A stretch of DNA of 64,000 bases from a virus. Its lineage: Duplodnaviria > Caudoviricetes. The notes under the pieces are model-generated. The model searched no databases. It had not been told where the DNA came from and saw only the letters and a program-made list of their open reading frames with translations. The translations under genes and the position numbers were made by a program. Below are positions 8,732 to 19,129 of this stretch, one piece after another. Position 1 is the stretch's first letter, and every line of letters starts with the position of its first letter. Location: the IMG/VR virus record IMGVR_UViG_3300031787_000103, positions 1,392 through 65,391 of that record, one strand, 5' to 3'.

Positions 8732-10656
8732 ACGAAATCGCCGCAAAATACAGGTCGCTTGGGCTATCGGTTATGCCCATTGGAGAAAGTAAAAGGCCAA
8801 TGGTGGCATGGACTGAGGCGCAAAAAAGTATTGTGGAGTACGACTTTGACACGGCGCAATCGGTCGGTTTAATCTGCGGTGCGGTTAGCGGGAACTTAGA
8901 AGCCATAGACTTCGACCTCAAATACGACCTATCGGGCGACCTAATGAAGCGTTACCGCAAAGAAGTAGAGGATATTTGCCCTGATCTTGTTAAAAGACTT
9001 CTGATTCAGAAAACCCCGTCCGGTGGTTATCACTTCATCTACCGCTGTGCAGTTATCGGTAAAAACACTAAACTTGCTCAACGCGAGGCAAATGAGGAGG
9101 AGAAGGCTAAGGGCGAAAGAGTTAAAGTGCTGATCGAAACTCGTGGCGAAGGAGGTTACATCGGTATCTATCCCTCGCAAGGGTACGAGCGGATTAACGG
9201 CAGCATAGAGGCTATTCCGATAATTTCAGAGCAAGAGAGAGAAGTGCTAATCGGAACTGCAATACGCTTTAACTCAGTGTTTAAGCACGTAGAACAGCAT
9301 ACCCCGCGAGAGTTTACAGGCACGGCAAAATCGCCTATCGAGGACTACAACGAAAGGGCTGACCCTATTTTACTTCTCGAAAGCTACGGTTGGAAGGTAG
9401 TTGGCACTAAGGGCCAAAAGGTTCACATGAGGAGACCGGGCGATACTTCGGCGCTAACGAGCGGTAATTGGGACATTGACAAGGGTTGGTTTTCGGTTTT
9501 TAGTACTTCAACTGAGTTTGAGCCGCAAAGAGCCTACAAGCCTTTTGATATTTACCACACCTTGACGAAGAATCGTAGCGTATCGGATAGTGTGCGTGAA
9601 CTTGTTGCGATGGGGTACGGTGAGAAGCGGGAGGTTGTGAAGAAAGAGGAGAAAGAGCCAATTCGCGCCGTGTCTATCGTGGAGTTAGACTATTTGGTAA
9701 GCCGCGAGGACTTTCAGCAGGAGTTAGACGACTACGCCGCCGGACGACTTATACTTGGACGGTCAACGGGAATACATACTCTCGACCCCTATTTCCGCCT
9801 AAAGAAGTCCCATGTCAACATAGTGAACGGTTTTGACAACGTGGGAAAGACCACAATGCTACTTTACATCGCTCAACTATCATCCTGTCTGTACGGTGAC
9901 AAATGGGGAATGTTTATCGGTGAGAACACGGCTCGAAACTATATATCTACCCTACTACAACTCTACTACGGTGAGCGCGTTCAGCACATGAACAGCATGA
10001 AGATCAAGCAAGGTGTGGATAGGATTATGTCTCACTTTTTCTTTCTCAAAAGCGATAGGGTTTGGAACTATCAAGAGATATTGGAGGCGTCTGAGAACCT
10101 ACGGGCCAAACACGGTATATCGCAGTTCCTAATCGACCCGTGGAATAATTTGGCAACGGTCGGTGGTCAGAAAGTGAATAAGCACGACCACGATCATCAG
10201 GCTTTAACTGAGATAACGGTACACTCAAAGCAGACCGAAATGACTTACTTTATTAACACTCACTCGGTTACGGCAAGTTACCGCAACAAGGACGCTAATG
10301 GTAACTTAGAAGCCCCGAATAAGGGTGACACGGAGGGAGGAACAAAGTTCGCGTCAAAGGCGAGCGACTTCATGACATTCCATAGAAAGGTTCAGGACTC
10401 AACCGAGTTCCGGAAAATGGAGATTCACGTCCGAAAGGTTAAAGATACCGATACCGGAGGCCGACCGACACCTTTTGTTGAACCCGTGATACTCGAAATG
10501 CACGACGGTTGTAAGTATTTGGAGAGCACAGGCCGCGACCCAATGGCTGAGTGGCGAGGTAGGGATACGCAAGTCAAGATTACTGCAAACACCTCGTTTC
10601 TAAAGCCTAAGCCTTATGAGTTGCCTGAGGACGACCCGAATTATGTGCCGTTTTGA
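8728..10656 (+). CDS. Primase (Prim-Pol/AEP) - SF4 helicase fusion
   Basis: AIDFD, TPSGGYH and ETRGEGGY primase-polymerase motifs; GFDNVGKT Walker A and FLIDPWN Walker B. Confidence 0.88.
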   Translation: MNEIAAKYRSLGLSVMPIGESKRPMVAWTEAQKSIVEYDFDTAQSVGLICGAVSGNLEAIDFDLKYDLSGDLMKRYRKEVEDICPDLVKRLLIQKTPSGGYHFIYRCAVIGKNTKLAQREANEEEKAKGERVKVLIETRGEGGYIGIYPSQGYERINGSIEAIPIISEQEREVLIGTAIRFNSVFKHVEQHTPREFTGTAKSPIEDYNERADPILLLESYGWKVVGTKGQKVHMRRPGDTSALTSGNWDIDKGWFSVFSTSTEFEPQRAYKPFDIYHTLTKNRSVSDSVRELVAMGYGEKREVVKKEEKEPIRAVSIVELDYLVSREDFQQELDDYAAGRLILGRSTGIHTLDPYFRLKKSHVNIVNGFDNVGKTTMLLYIAQLSSCLYGDKWGMFIGENTARNYISTLLQLYYGERVQHMNSMKIKQGVDRIMSHFFFLKSDRVWNYQEILEASENLRAKHGISQFLIDPWNNLATVGGQKVNKHDHDHQALTEITVHSKQTEMTYFINTHSVTASYRNKDANGNLEAPNKGDTEGGTKFASKASDFMTFHRKVQDSTEFRKMEIHVRKVKDTDTGGRPTPFVEPVILEMHDGCKYLESTGRDPMAEWRGRDTQVKITANTSFLKPKPYELPEDDPNYVPF

Positions 10657-10713
10657 TGTTAACCACCTGTTAAAAACCGAACACAACTTAAAAACACACT
10701 TAACTTTGGCGGT

Positions 10714-10914
10714 ATGACAACGATTGAATTTATTGGATTGTGAATTGGATGCGGGCTTTTGGGTCTTTTTGGCTTTTGGCTTTGCGACAGATTCCTACAC
10801 GGGTTTAGTGTTTGGAACGATATGCCGTTGTGGTGGTTTTTAGGGGTTATCATTATAGGGCCAACGGCAATAGGAAAAGCAATAGTTTACGCGTTAAACA
10901 ACCATAAAAAATGA
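10714..10914 (+). pseudogene. Small membrane protein gene with an in-frame TGA at codon 10
   Basis: Own -7 box; ATGA overlap with the next gene; shares ATGACAACGATTGAA with the 10911 gene, which has Trp at position 10. Confidence 0.55.
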
Positions 10915-11312
10915 CAACGATTGAACTCATAGCATATTGGCTGCTGTTTAGCGCGGGATGCGGTGCTTTTGAAGCATTGCTATTTCACCTTGCTAATCCG
11001 GTCAAGACAGACCTTTTCAATCAGAAGTACGGCGATATTCACGGGTATTTTACGATATTTCGAGCCGTGGGATTTCTGCCTATCCTTTTTACCGGATGGG
11101 GTGTTGTGGGATTATTGTTTGCTGTGCTGACGTTCCCTTTAATCCACGACGGAATGTATTACGAAGTCAGACATTTGCTCGACGAAAGGCTTTACGAATG
11201 TGGCTTTTGGTCAAACGAATCAAAAGACACCACGGCGAAAATATCGCTCACGTTGGAAGAACGCATATTCACTTTTGTAGGAGGCTTTGGGCTTCTGCTA
11301 TTAACGCTATGA
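10911..11312 (+). CDS. Membrane protein
   Basis: Several hydrophobic segments. Confidence 0.65.
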   Translation: MTTIELIAYWLLFSAGCGAFEALLFHLANPVKTDLFNQKYGDIHGYFTIFRAVGFLPILFTGWGVVGLLFAVLTFPLIHDGMYYEVRHLLDERLYECGFWSNESKDTTAKISLTLEERIFTFVGGFGLLLLTL

Positions 11313-11440
11313 CAACATACATAAACATACAAACGAAAGAACGGTACGACTCTTTGCTAAAAAGCGGAATGTTTTGGGAATTTCACCCTGAGTTAACGGG
11401 TGATTGGGAAAAGGATAAGGAGGTAATACTTACGAAATGA
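11309..11440 (+). CDS. Small hypothetical protein (MTTYINIQ...SGMFWEFHPELTGDWEKD)
   Basis: ATGA-coupled on both sides. Confidence 0.55.
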   Translation: MTTYINIQTKERYDSLLKSGMFWEFHPELTGDWEKDKEVILTK

Positions 11441-12084
11441 AAACAACAGGACAAAACGTAATTGTACGGCTTGACAAAGGGGTCGTAAGGGATGAGATTA
11501 GGTTCGGTGAAGGAACACTGAAACTCATGAGTCCCGATATGGAAAGCAAGATGAAAAACGGGGCAAAGTCAGGAGAAGTCGTCGCAGTAGGCACGGCTCA
11601 ATCGCTTGACTCGTTTCGCAGGGGAGGAAACTCTTTCGGTGTATTGGACAATTTTGCAGTCAATGTGGGCCATAGAGTTCATTTTAAGTACCTTGCAATA
11701 GGGGCGTATCTTGACCATTTGGCTAACCCTGTAAATGTCAACCCCGGCAATGTGTTCGAGATTGAAGGCGAACTTTATGCCTCGTTCAACTACGGATTCA
11801 TTTTCCTCAACGAAACCACAAACAAGTGCCTTAACGGGTATGTGATCGGTGAGGTTATCAAGGAGGAGGTAAGTACGATTATCACCGTGCCTAACCGTGT
11901 GGAAACGAATCAAATGATAGTATCATACGATAGCCCAAAAGCCTTATTCTACCGTGGCGATGGGTTAGAGGTTAAGGAGGGAGACATAGTTGAGTTCCGT
12001 GGCGACCACATTCCTTTCGACGCCCCGCTTTTCAACGACAAGTTAGTAGTAATCCAACAAAACCAAATTTTCGATAAAAAATGA
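11437..12084 (+). CDS. GroES-like co-chaperonin with two tandem domains
   Basis: NVIVR...SGEVVAVG...VNVGHRVHF and a second unit LEVKEGDIVEF...LVVIQQNQI. Confidence 0.6.
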   Translation: MKTTGQNVIVRLDKGVVRDEIRFGEGTLKLMSPDMESKMKNGAKSGEVVAVGTAQSLDSFRRGGNSFGVLDNFAVNVGHRVHFKYLAIGAYLDHLANPVNVNPGNVFEIEGELYASFNYGFIFLNETTNKCLNGYVIGEVIKEEVSTIITVPNRVETNQMIVSYDSPKALFYRGDGLEVKEGDIVEFRGDHIPFDAPLFNDKLVVIQQNQIFDKK

Positions 12085-12343
12085 CAGCAGGACAAGTTAT
12101 GATTGCGATAAGAGCCGCAGTGCTTGCGGCGCTTATTTGGATTGTTTTTTGTTTTTTCATGGGAAGTCAATAGTCCGTGGAAGCAGAAAACGTAGAGGTA
12201 ACGCTAACAAACGAAGACCTTAATCTTCTGATTATTCACTCGTTTAGGAGTGGATATTTAAGCGGGGCAGCGCAAGAAGACCCCGACAGCGCTCTTTACG
12301 AGGTTACAAATCACTACAAACCATTTATTAATCTTTTGAAGAA

Positions 12344-12646
12344 ATGAGCAAACAGTACGAAATTGACAGTTTTGAGAAACTGTGCAACGTGGTGAACAAT
12401 GAGAACGTAGACAGGCTTGCGGTTGACTTAGCGCAATGGCTATTGGTGTACGCAAATACAGTGGAGTCAATCCGCGAAAGTTACCCTGAACTAACTAAAG
12501 ACAAGCTAAACACCCAAATTGCAAAAGGGGCTTTTGTTTGGGTTGACGACGGTAAAAACGACCTACTTGGCGTACAAGTGACAAATGAAGCAACCGGAGA
12601 AGTAACTAAAATTGACTACACGAAAGATGAACAAGAAGAAGAATAA
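12344..12646 (+). CDS. Hypothetical protein
   Basis: ORF track; coupled. Confidence 0.6.
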   Translation: MSKQYEIDSFEKLCNVVNNENVDRLAVDLAQWLLVYANTVESIRESYPELTKDKLNTQIAKGAFVWVDDGKNDLLGVQVTNEATGEVTKIDYTKDEQEEE

Positions 12647-13169
12647 AGCATACCTTTTGACGCTTGCAGAGAGGGTTAAAAACGGCGAGAAACTTAGCCC
12701 TGAGCAGCGTCACATTTTCCTGTCAAACAACACCGTTGTCCGTAACGAAGTGAGGGGAAGGATACCAATGAACATTGACGCTTGGTTTGAACTTGCTGAC
12801 AAGGCCACTCAAAAGACATTTGGGGTTACCTTGAGCGAGGCTTGCCGTAAGACAAGGGTTCGTGACTATACCGATATTCGTAAAATCGTTATGCACACGG
12901 CTTATTTTGCAGGATACCCCTCACATGGGATAGGTCAAAGAATGGGCAAACGTGACCACGCAACGGTACTTCACGGTCGCAGAATGTACGAACAGCACGT
13001 CGAAACCGATAGTCATTTTAAGGCAATAGCCCGCGCATTTGTTGAAAACATCGTTGAACTTGAGGCTCATGTTGGGGCTTACTCATTATCTTTGCTCGGA
13101 TTAGACAAAGAATATGAGCTTGAACCGCTTACTGAAATACATTCAAAAAGAACAGCAAGAGTCGTTTAA
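12612..13169 (+). CDS. DnaA domain IV (C-terminal HTH)-like protein
   Basis: KTRVR....RKIVM......IGQRMGKRDHATVLHG matches the DnaA RDHTTV signature; true start probably 12627. Confidence 0.75.
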   Translation: MTTRKMNKKKNKAYLLTLAERVKNGEKLSPEQRHIFLSNNTVVRNEVRGRIPMNIDAWFELADKATQKTFGVTLSEACRKTRVRDYTDIRKIVMHTAYFAGYPSHGIGQRMGKRDHATVLHGRRMYEQHVETDSHFKAIARAFVENIVELEAHVGAYSLSLLGLDKEYELEPLTEIHSKRTARVV

Positions 13170-13542
13170 GGCCGACTTTTTTGACTTTTTAGCCTCGTTC
13201 TCCGACAACAAAGTAGCGTTTATTGACAAGGGACGGTACGCCGACGATGTGATAGACGCTTGTGCTCAGGCTTACGAGGTCAACGCAAGCGATATTCGGG
13301 ACAACAAAAAGAGGTCACGACAGATCAACAGCGCAAAACTTCATGCCGCGTTTTTTATGAGCAAGGTTGACCGTGAGGACGCTTGGAGTGCCGATAGACT
13401 TGGTGTGACAAGGGGCACTTTTCTGTACCGGATGCGGCAATTTGCTAATCTTTTTGAGACCGAACAGGTTTTTAGGTCTTACTACTCAAAGATTGTGTTT
13501 ATCCTCAAAGAGAGGGGTTACGGCTTTGAGTTTCCAAATTAA
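13114..13542 (+). CDS. Second DnaA domain IV-like HTH protein
   Basis: VIDACAQAYEVNASDI...KRSRQI..AK..AAFF resembles the start of DnaA domain IV. Confidence 0.55.
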   Translation: MSLNRLLKYIQKEQQESFKADFFDFLASFSDNKVAFIDKGRYADDVIDACAQAYEVNASDIRDNKKRSRQINSAKLHAAFFMSKVDREDAWSADRLGVTRGTFLYRMRQFANLFETEQVFRSYYSKIVFILKERGYGFEFPN

Positions 13543-13657
13543 GAAACAATGGAAGAAAAGGTCAATATTCTATCCGAGTTGTTCCTAATGGTCGTGGACA
13601 ACTCCGAGGACAAACCGCGATTTAAGGAACTTGTTGAACGGCTTAAAACGCTGTGCA

Positions 13658-14488
13658 ATGAAGATTAAAGTCCTAACCGCACTTTGGGGCAGAACTGAGA
13701 TAACCCACCTTTTCGCGCTTGGTATTCAGAGGTTAAAGACTGAGTTTGACCTATCCGTAACCGCAACGGTCAGCACCGAGGAAGATGAGGCCATTGCGCT
13801 ATACCACGGATTTAAGCCTGTTTTTTGTGATAATCAACCTTTGGGCAATAAGTGGAACGAAGGGTATAGGTCAGTTAAGGACGAAGATTGGGATGCGCTA
13901 CTGATTATGGGTAGCGATGATCTGATTTCCAATGAGTCCTTGTCCGCACTTGTAAACTCAAAGAAGCCTCACGTTGGCTTTAACTCCCTTATTTTCTTAG
14001 ATAGCAAAACGGGTCAGTCGTATAAGATGCAGTACGCCACGGGCCGATTGATAGGCGCAGGGCGGTTATTACTCCGATACGCCTGTGAGCAAGTTGACTC
14101 TTTATGCAAGGTTCAAATCATAAATACCGAGGAAAATGAGTACTTAACCGTCAAGCAGAAAATGCGAATGACGGCCACGAAAGCGTCGGCAGAGTTCATG
14201 CAAAAGGCCAAAATGTGTCGGATAGACGATGTTTTTCCAACCGGATTATGGGGTTCAGACCTAAATAAAGCCCTTGATAACAGCCTTGAAAATAGGTTCT
14301 CGATATTTGGCTACCCACCCGTTGCAATAGACTTCTTAGACGGCCTTGTGGACGTTAAAAGCGACACCAATATGTGGAAGATTGAGGACTTTGAAAGCCG
14401 TTCTCAGCCCTTCGAGTTTTCTAATCTTAATTGGCTGTCTCCCGCAGAGGTAAGCTATCTGTCGCAGTTGCGTAAAAGTACGAGTTAG
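13658..14488 (+). CDS. GT-A fold glycosyltransferase
   Basis: VLTALWGR, NQPLGNKWN and LIMGSDD (DxD-like) motifs. Confidence 0.65.
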   Translation: MKIKVLTALWGRTEITHLFALGIQRLKTEFDLSVTATVSTEEDEAIALYHGFKPVFCDNQPLGNKWNEGYRSVKDEDWDALLIMGSDDLISNESLSALVNSKKPHVGFNSLIFLDSKTGQSYKMQYATGRLIGAGRLLLRYACEQVDSLCKVQIINTEENEYLTVKQKMRMTATKASAEFMQKAKMCRIDDVFPTGLWGSDLNKALDNSLENRFSIFGYPPVAIDFLDGLVDVKSDTNMWKIEDFESRSQPFEFSNLNWLSPAEVSYLSQLRKSTS

Positions 14489-15059
14489 TCTGCTCAGATA
14501 CCCACCGAGCCATGCGCTCAACTGACGGGTGTTCGGTATCAACCTTCCAATCCTTTGCAGAGCCTTCTGATACCACAAAGTTCGGGTCATACCACTTTAG
14601 AATACGATTGTTTGGCTGTGCGAGAAGATAACCGTCCTCAGCCACAAGCACATGGGCGCATTTGTAGTCCGTAGGTTCTTCTGAATAGGCGTTGTCATAC
14701 CAATCCACCGTAAATAGGTAATTGGCTTTAACTACCTGCCCGTTCTTTAGCTTAACGTCACAGGAGCGACCTTTCAGGTAGTCAAATGTAACAACCTCGG
14801 CATTGTGGCTAAAGCAGTTCCATAGCTGTTTGTAGTCGGCCTCGATGTCGGAAGAAGGTAAAGATAAATATACCTCAGATAGTGGCACTCTTGACCTAAC
14901 AGCCCCGTAATCCGTTACAATATGAAACGAGATCATCCGGTCGTCGTATGATTGCAGTCCAAAGGCGTAGCATGATTCAAAAGAACCGCTATCCTTTTGG
15001 TCTTTGGTAAACCACGACTTTCGTACAAAACACTTGAAATTAGGAATGTTGTGGTTCAT
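14427..15059 (-). CDS. Conserved phage hypothetical protein
   Basis: QLWNCFS, YLFTVDW and AQPNNRI motifs of a type I associate with environmental phages. Confidence 0.65.
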   Translation of the reverse strand: MNHNIPNFKCFVRKSWFTKDQKDSGSFESCYAFGLQSYDDRMISFHIVTDYGAVRSRVPLSEVYLSLPSSDIEADYKQLWNCFSHNAEVVTFDYLKGRSCDVKLKNGQVVKANYLFTVDWYDNAYSEEPTDYKCAHVLVAEDGYLLAQPNNRILKWYDPNFVVSEGSAKDWKVDTEHPSVERMARWVSEQTNSYFYATATDSLPLRETAN

Positions 15060-15393
15060 CTTCTTGGAGTTTAATCTTTCCCTCTTGAAAAGCCTTCATC
15101 ACGACAAAAAGTTCGGGCCACTTTTCGACCGGAGTTTCTACAATAACCTCCGTCATTTCACCTGCGGCTTTGACCATTGTGTTGTAATACTCATCCATTT
15201 CAGGTAGTGCGTAGACAAGTTTATACATTGGTTTGCAGTCGTTTTCAAGCGCTTCCAAAGTGTCGTTAATGCCTTTTTTAAGCCTCCGACGAATAACGTC
15301 TTTGTACTTTGATACCTTGACACCATCTACGGCGTCGGCAAATAGGTTTCCCGCAACAAGCAGGTTTAGGAATTGATGCCCTTCATGTTTCAT
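15040..15393 (-). CDS. Hypothetical protein
   Basis: ORF track. Confidence 0.6.
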   Translation of the reverse strand: MKHEGHQFLNLLVAGNLFADAVDGVKVSKYKDVIRRRLKKGINDTLEALENDCKPMYKLVYALPEMDEYYNTMVKAAGEMTEVIVETPVEKWPELFVVMKAFQEGKIKLQEDEPQHS

Positions 15394-15545
15394 ATCTTAA
15401 TCGTCGATTTCAAATTCATCTAAATATCCAATCTCCCAATCAATGTAGTGTTGGGTTTCGGGGTTGTACGGGTTAATTGCAATTTTACCCGTTCTCATTT
15501 CCGTCATTGCGGCTTCTCGACCTTGACGGTAAGCAAGTGTCTTTT

Positions 15546-15797
15546 TCAATTTTGATGCACTTTTGAGTAGTCAAACTTACGCCCGAATGTCTTTCTATCG
15601 TGTTCGATTAACTTTTCGTTAACGGTCTCGAACAGTATCCGTGCGCTTTGGTTGTGTTTTAGGATAGGGTAGATAACGTCCGCAATGAAGTCGTCGGATA
15701 GGTTGTATCTGTCTATTACGGTGAGAATTTCGTCTTTAAGCGTATTGCTTAAAGCCATGCTCACGGCAAAACCATCGCGGTATATCTCGTGTATCAT
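15546..15797 (-). CDS. Hypothetical protein
   Basis: ORF with a -7-like box 5 nt upstream. Confidence 0.6.
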   Translation of the reverse strand: MIHEIYRDGFAVSMALSNTLKDEILTVIDRYNLSDDFIADVIYPILKHNQSARILFETVNEKLIEHDRKTFGRKFDYSKVHQN

Positions 15798-15867
15798 GTG
15801 GGTAAATGTACTTAAAAATGTGAACTAAGGCTTGCTTTTAACAAAGTGTTTAGTATTTTAGCCTCGT

Positions 15868-16623
15868 ATGAAACTCAATATCCCTAACTTTTTGATTCCC
15901 GAACAGAAGGAACTTGCTCGACTCTTGAAAGATATGCTCGAACAAGGCTACTCATGGAAACGCGAAAGCCTAAAGTGTATCAACGATGTCTACCATTGCA
16001 AGGGTCAGATTATTAAGAACATCAACGAGGACACGATTGAGGAGAGAGGTATGGGCTTTGAAGGCTACTGCGATGTCTACAATACTAAGGTAGAGGGCAT
16101 GACACGGGCCGAAATCGCGGCTATTCTGCTTGGACTATCGGAGTTTGGATTTGAGATTGAACTTACGGGTGAAGTTCCGGTGGTTGAGCCGAAAACAAGT
16201 GTTAAAGAGGCTACCGCCTTAACCTACGCCGACGTTATGCGCTGCACAAGTGTCAACGAAGTCCTGCACACCTTGAGAATATCCGGTCAAACCGAAAAGG
16301 CCGATGCTTTGGTCGCCTTTCAGGAGCGGGAAGTGAGCCATTCGCGCCGTCTAACGGTTAAAAAGGCCGCAGAGTTCTTGTTCCCCAAACGCCCCGCAAA
16401 AGAGGTTCAACCCATAGGTCGACCTTCTGAAACCTATAAACGTAGCGCACGGTCTTCGGATGAGGCGATGAAACTCCTATCTGAGTTCTCTAAAATCGGT
16501 ATCACAGAGGTAACTTACACGCAAAAAGTGTCAGCAGAAATTAGGCAAAAATTCAATTCTTTGGCCTTACTTTGTGCAAACGCACCCAAAGAACTGATTG
16601 ATGAAGTCAAACTATCAAGTTGA
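15868..16623 (+). CDS. Hypothetical protein
   Basis: 251-aa ORF with its own promoter box. Confidence 0.7.
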   Translation: MKLNIPNFLIPEQKELARLLKDMLEQGYSWKRESLKCINDVYHCKGQIIKNINEDTIEERGMGFEGYCDVYNTKVEGMTRAEIAAILLGLSEFGFEIELTGEVPVVEPKTSVKEATALTYADVMRCTSVNEVLHTLRISGQTEKADALVAFQEREVSHSRRLTVKKAAEFLFPKRPAKEVQPIGRPSETYKRSARSSDEAMKLLSEFSKIGITEVTYTQKVSAEIRQKFNSLALLCANAPKELIDEVKLSS

Positions 16624-19129
16624 TACTATATACCTGACAAACACCGAGTTAGTCGCTTTTGACTTTGGTGGTGTACGCCAATTTACGGCTAAAAGCACCG
16701 ACTACGTTCAAATATCAGACAACCGTAACGAAATTCAAGTCTTTATTAGCAACGGTCTTGTTGTGACTTTTGGGGTTACTCAGATAACAACAATCGGTTA
16801 CGGCTCAACCACGACTACGTACACCGCCGACCCTTCGCTTATTAACTATGCGGCAAGCACTGGAACGGGCCGGAAGATTGACGACATATACAAGGAATTA
16901 ACTGAAAACGTATTTAAGGGTTGCTGCCGTCCGACAGGCCCGACGATTGTTGGTGGACTCTTGGTGAAATACGCCGACCTTGCCGCACTTCTTGCAAGCG
17001 CCCCCGGCTCGACTGACACGCTTTACCTTACCGAAGATACTTCGCTTATCTACCAATGGGACGGCGCAAACTTCGTTCTTGCAAGTGGTGTTCAGTATTA
17101 CACCAATTTTGCTTCTTTTCCCGTTACTGGTGAGGAACGGGTTTTGTATTTCGACGAGGCCGAAAAGGAAATGTACGTTTGGCTTACATCTTCCTATGTG
17201 TCACTATGCTGCGACGCTACACAAGTCATTTACAAGCACTTTCAGGTAGCGCACGGGTTTTCGGTAGGGGACGTTATCTATGTTTCGGCTAATAACACCT
17301 TTGCAAAGGCTCAGGCCGATAGCTTGGTTACAAGTTACGTTGCGGGTTTTGTGATTGAGGCATCTGACCCTGATACGTTTCGATACGTAACGCACGGTAC
17401 TGTGACGGTAGGCGTTCCTGCTGTGACCGGAGGTACTATTATGTACTTATCGGAAACAACTGCCGGAGCATTGACATCTACTGCACCGACCGCACCGGAT
17501 ATTGTTCGACCCGTGATGATGGTCGTTGACAACGGCAATCAGGGCATTGTGTTTCTTAGCCTTGTTGACCCTGCGGCGGGTGGTGGCGGCGGCGTTGCAA
17601 GCGTAACGGGCGATTCGGTAGACAATACCGACCCCGCAAATCCCGTGGTCAATGCGATTCCACTCGCGGGTACTACCGCTGGCAATCCGGTGACGGGGGA
17701 TGTTGAAATAGCTGACGGCAATAAAATAATTAGCACGACACCCGGCTCTTCTGAATTGTATTTATTTTTTAGTGACCCTCAAATTGAAATTAAAGCCGCT
17801 GACTTAACATCGTTGTTTAGAACTATTTTAAGCATTGGGACATCCAATATTACTGTGGATTCTAATGAGCCTACATTTCAAGGAATTAACTACGCTGCAA
17901 ATTACAGGTCTCAATTTACCACCACCTCTCTCGTTGACCTCGGATACGTTAAGGGCTTTATTTGGCACGCAAACGCAGCGCCTACGGTAAATGATGATTC
18001 GGGCGATGAGTTTGAAGTCGGCACACTTTGGATTGACTACTCAGTATCGCCGCCGGAACTTTATGTGTGCGAAGACGCCACGCCAACGGCAGCGGTATGG
18101 ACGCAAGTAGGAACAGGCGGCTCAACCTCACCCGCGGGTTCAGACACGCAAGTTCAGTTCAACGACGGAGGTTCTTTTGGCGCGGACGCAGGGCTGACAT
18201 TTGACAAGACCAATAATATCCTTTCGGTTAATGAGGCGGGTGCTGTAACGGTTAACGGTGTCGCAATAACCTCTCACATTCGCACGGCAGGAAACGACGG
18301 TCTTAGCGAGGTAGAACTCGAAGCCCACAGGCACACAAACACAGCAGCAGCCGGAGCGTCTATCCTTTGGACTCGCTCACGAGGCACATCAGCATCTCCT
18401 ACAATCGTACAAGACGGCGATAGAATAGCATCTATTACAGGCGCGGCATACGACGGGACGGACTACGCGACCGCAGCACAGATTGATTTTGAGGTAGATG
18501 GCAGTCCGGCGTCAAACGATATGCCCGGACGGATTATCTTCAAAACCTCCCCCGATGGCACACAGGCGCTCACCGAGCGTATGCGTATTAATGCTGCGGG
18601 TAACGTGATTGTGACTAACGATTTGGACGCAAGCAATGTAACCGTGGACGACGAGGCTTATGGCGTAGCATGGAACGGTAGCGTAGAAGTCCCAACCAAA
18701 AACGCGCTGTACGACAAGATTGAAACTCTTGCGGCAAGAGAAACATGGAGCAACGGACAAGGCGCAGCAACCGTGGCCGCAGGAGCAACGGAATTTGGTT
18801 CGCTCTTTGGCGGTCAAGTCACGGACAGTACAACCGAATCCGCCCGTCAATCCGTTGTCGTATCAGCCGGAACTATGTCGAGGTGGTATTTCAGAACATC
18901 AAACGCTCAACCTGCATCAGGCTCACTTGTGCTTCGCTCGCGGATTAACGGCGCAAATGGAAACCTAATTATCACAATCGCAGCCGGAAGCGGTGCAGGG
19001 ACTTTTAGCGACCTTGTAAATTCGGACACAGTAGCCGCAGGAGACCTCGTAAATTACAGCGCACAAAACAATGCTTCGGGTGCATCGGCACAACAACTCA
19101 CAACCTCAAATCTATTCACATTCTCATGA
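16598..19129 (+). CDS. Tail fibre / receptor-binding protein
   Basis: 843 aa, rich in G/T/A/S; VDNTDPANPVV, AGSDTQVQFNDGGSFG and ERMRI fibre motifs. Confidence 0.8.
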   Translation: MMKSNYQVDTIYLTNTELVAFDFGGVRQFTAKSTDYVQISDNRNEIQVFISNGLVVTFGVTQITTIGYGSTTTTYTADPSLINYAASTGTGRKIDDIYKELTENVFKGCCRPTGPTIVGGLLVKYADLAALLASAPGSTDTLYLTEDTSLIYQWDGANFVLASGVQYYTNFASFPVTGEERVLYFDEAEKEMYVWLTSSYVSLCCDATQVIYKHFQVAHGFSVGDVIYVSANNTFAKAQADSLVTSYVAGFVIEASDPDTFRYVTHGTVTVGVPAVTGGTIMYLSETTAGALTSTAPTAPDIVRPVMMVVDNGNQGIVFLSLVDPAAGGGGGVASVTGDSVDNTDPANPVVNAIPLAGTTAGNPVTGDVEIADGNKIISTTPGSSELYLFFSDPQIEIKAADLTSLFRTILSIGTSNITVDSNEPTFQGINYAANYRSQFTTTSLVDLGYVKGFIWHANAAPTVNDDSGDEFEVGTLWIDYSVSPPELYVCEDATPTAAVWTQVGTGGSTSPAGSDTQVQFNDGGSFGADAGLTFDKTNNILSVNEAGAVTVNGVAITSHIRTAGNDGLSEVELEAHRHTNTAAAGASILWTRSRGTSASPTIVQDGDRIASITGAAYDGTDYATAAQIDFEVDGSPASNDMPGRIIFKTSPDGTQALTERMRINAAGNVIVTNDLDASNVTVDDEAYGVAWNGSVEVPTKNALYDKIETLAARETWSNGQGAATVAAGATEFGSLFGGQVTDSTTESARQSVVVSAGTMSRWYFRTSNAQPASGSLVLRSRINGANGNLIITIAAGSGAGTFSDLVNSDTVAAGDLVNYSAQNNASGASAQQLTTSNLFTFS

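Noticed and set aside
12081-12347. TAG stop-codon reassignment (two small ORFs in frame across a TAG; known in some crAss-like phages)
   Set aside because: Very long genes are uninterrupted in the standard code, several genes end in TAG, and no suppressor tRNA was seen.
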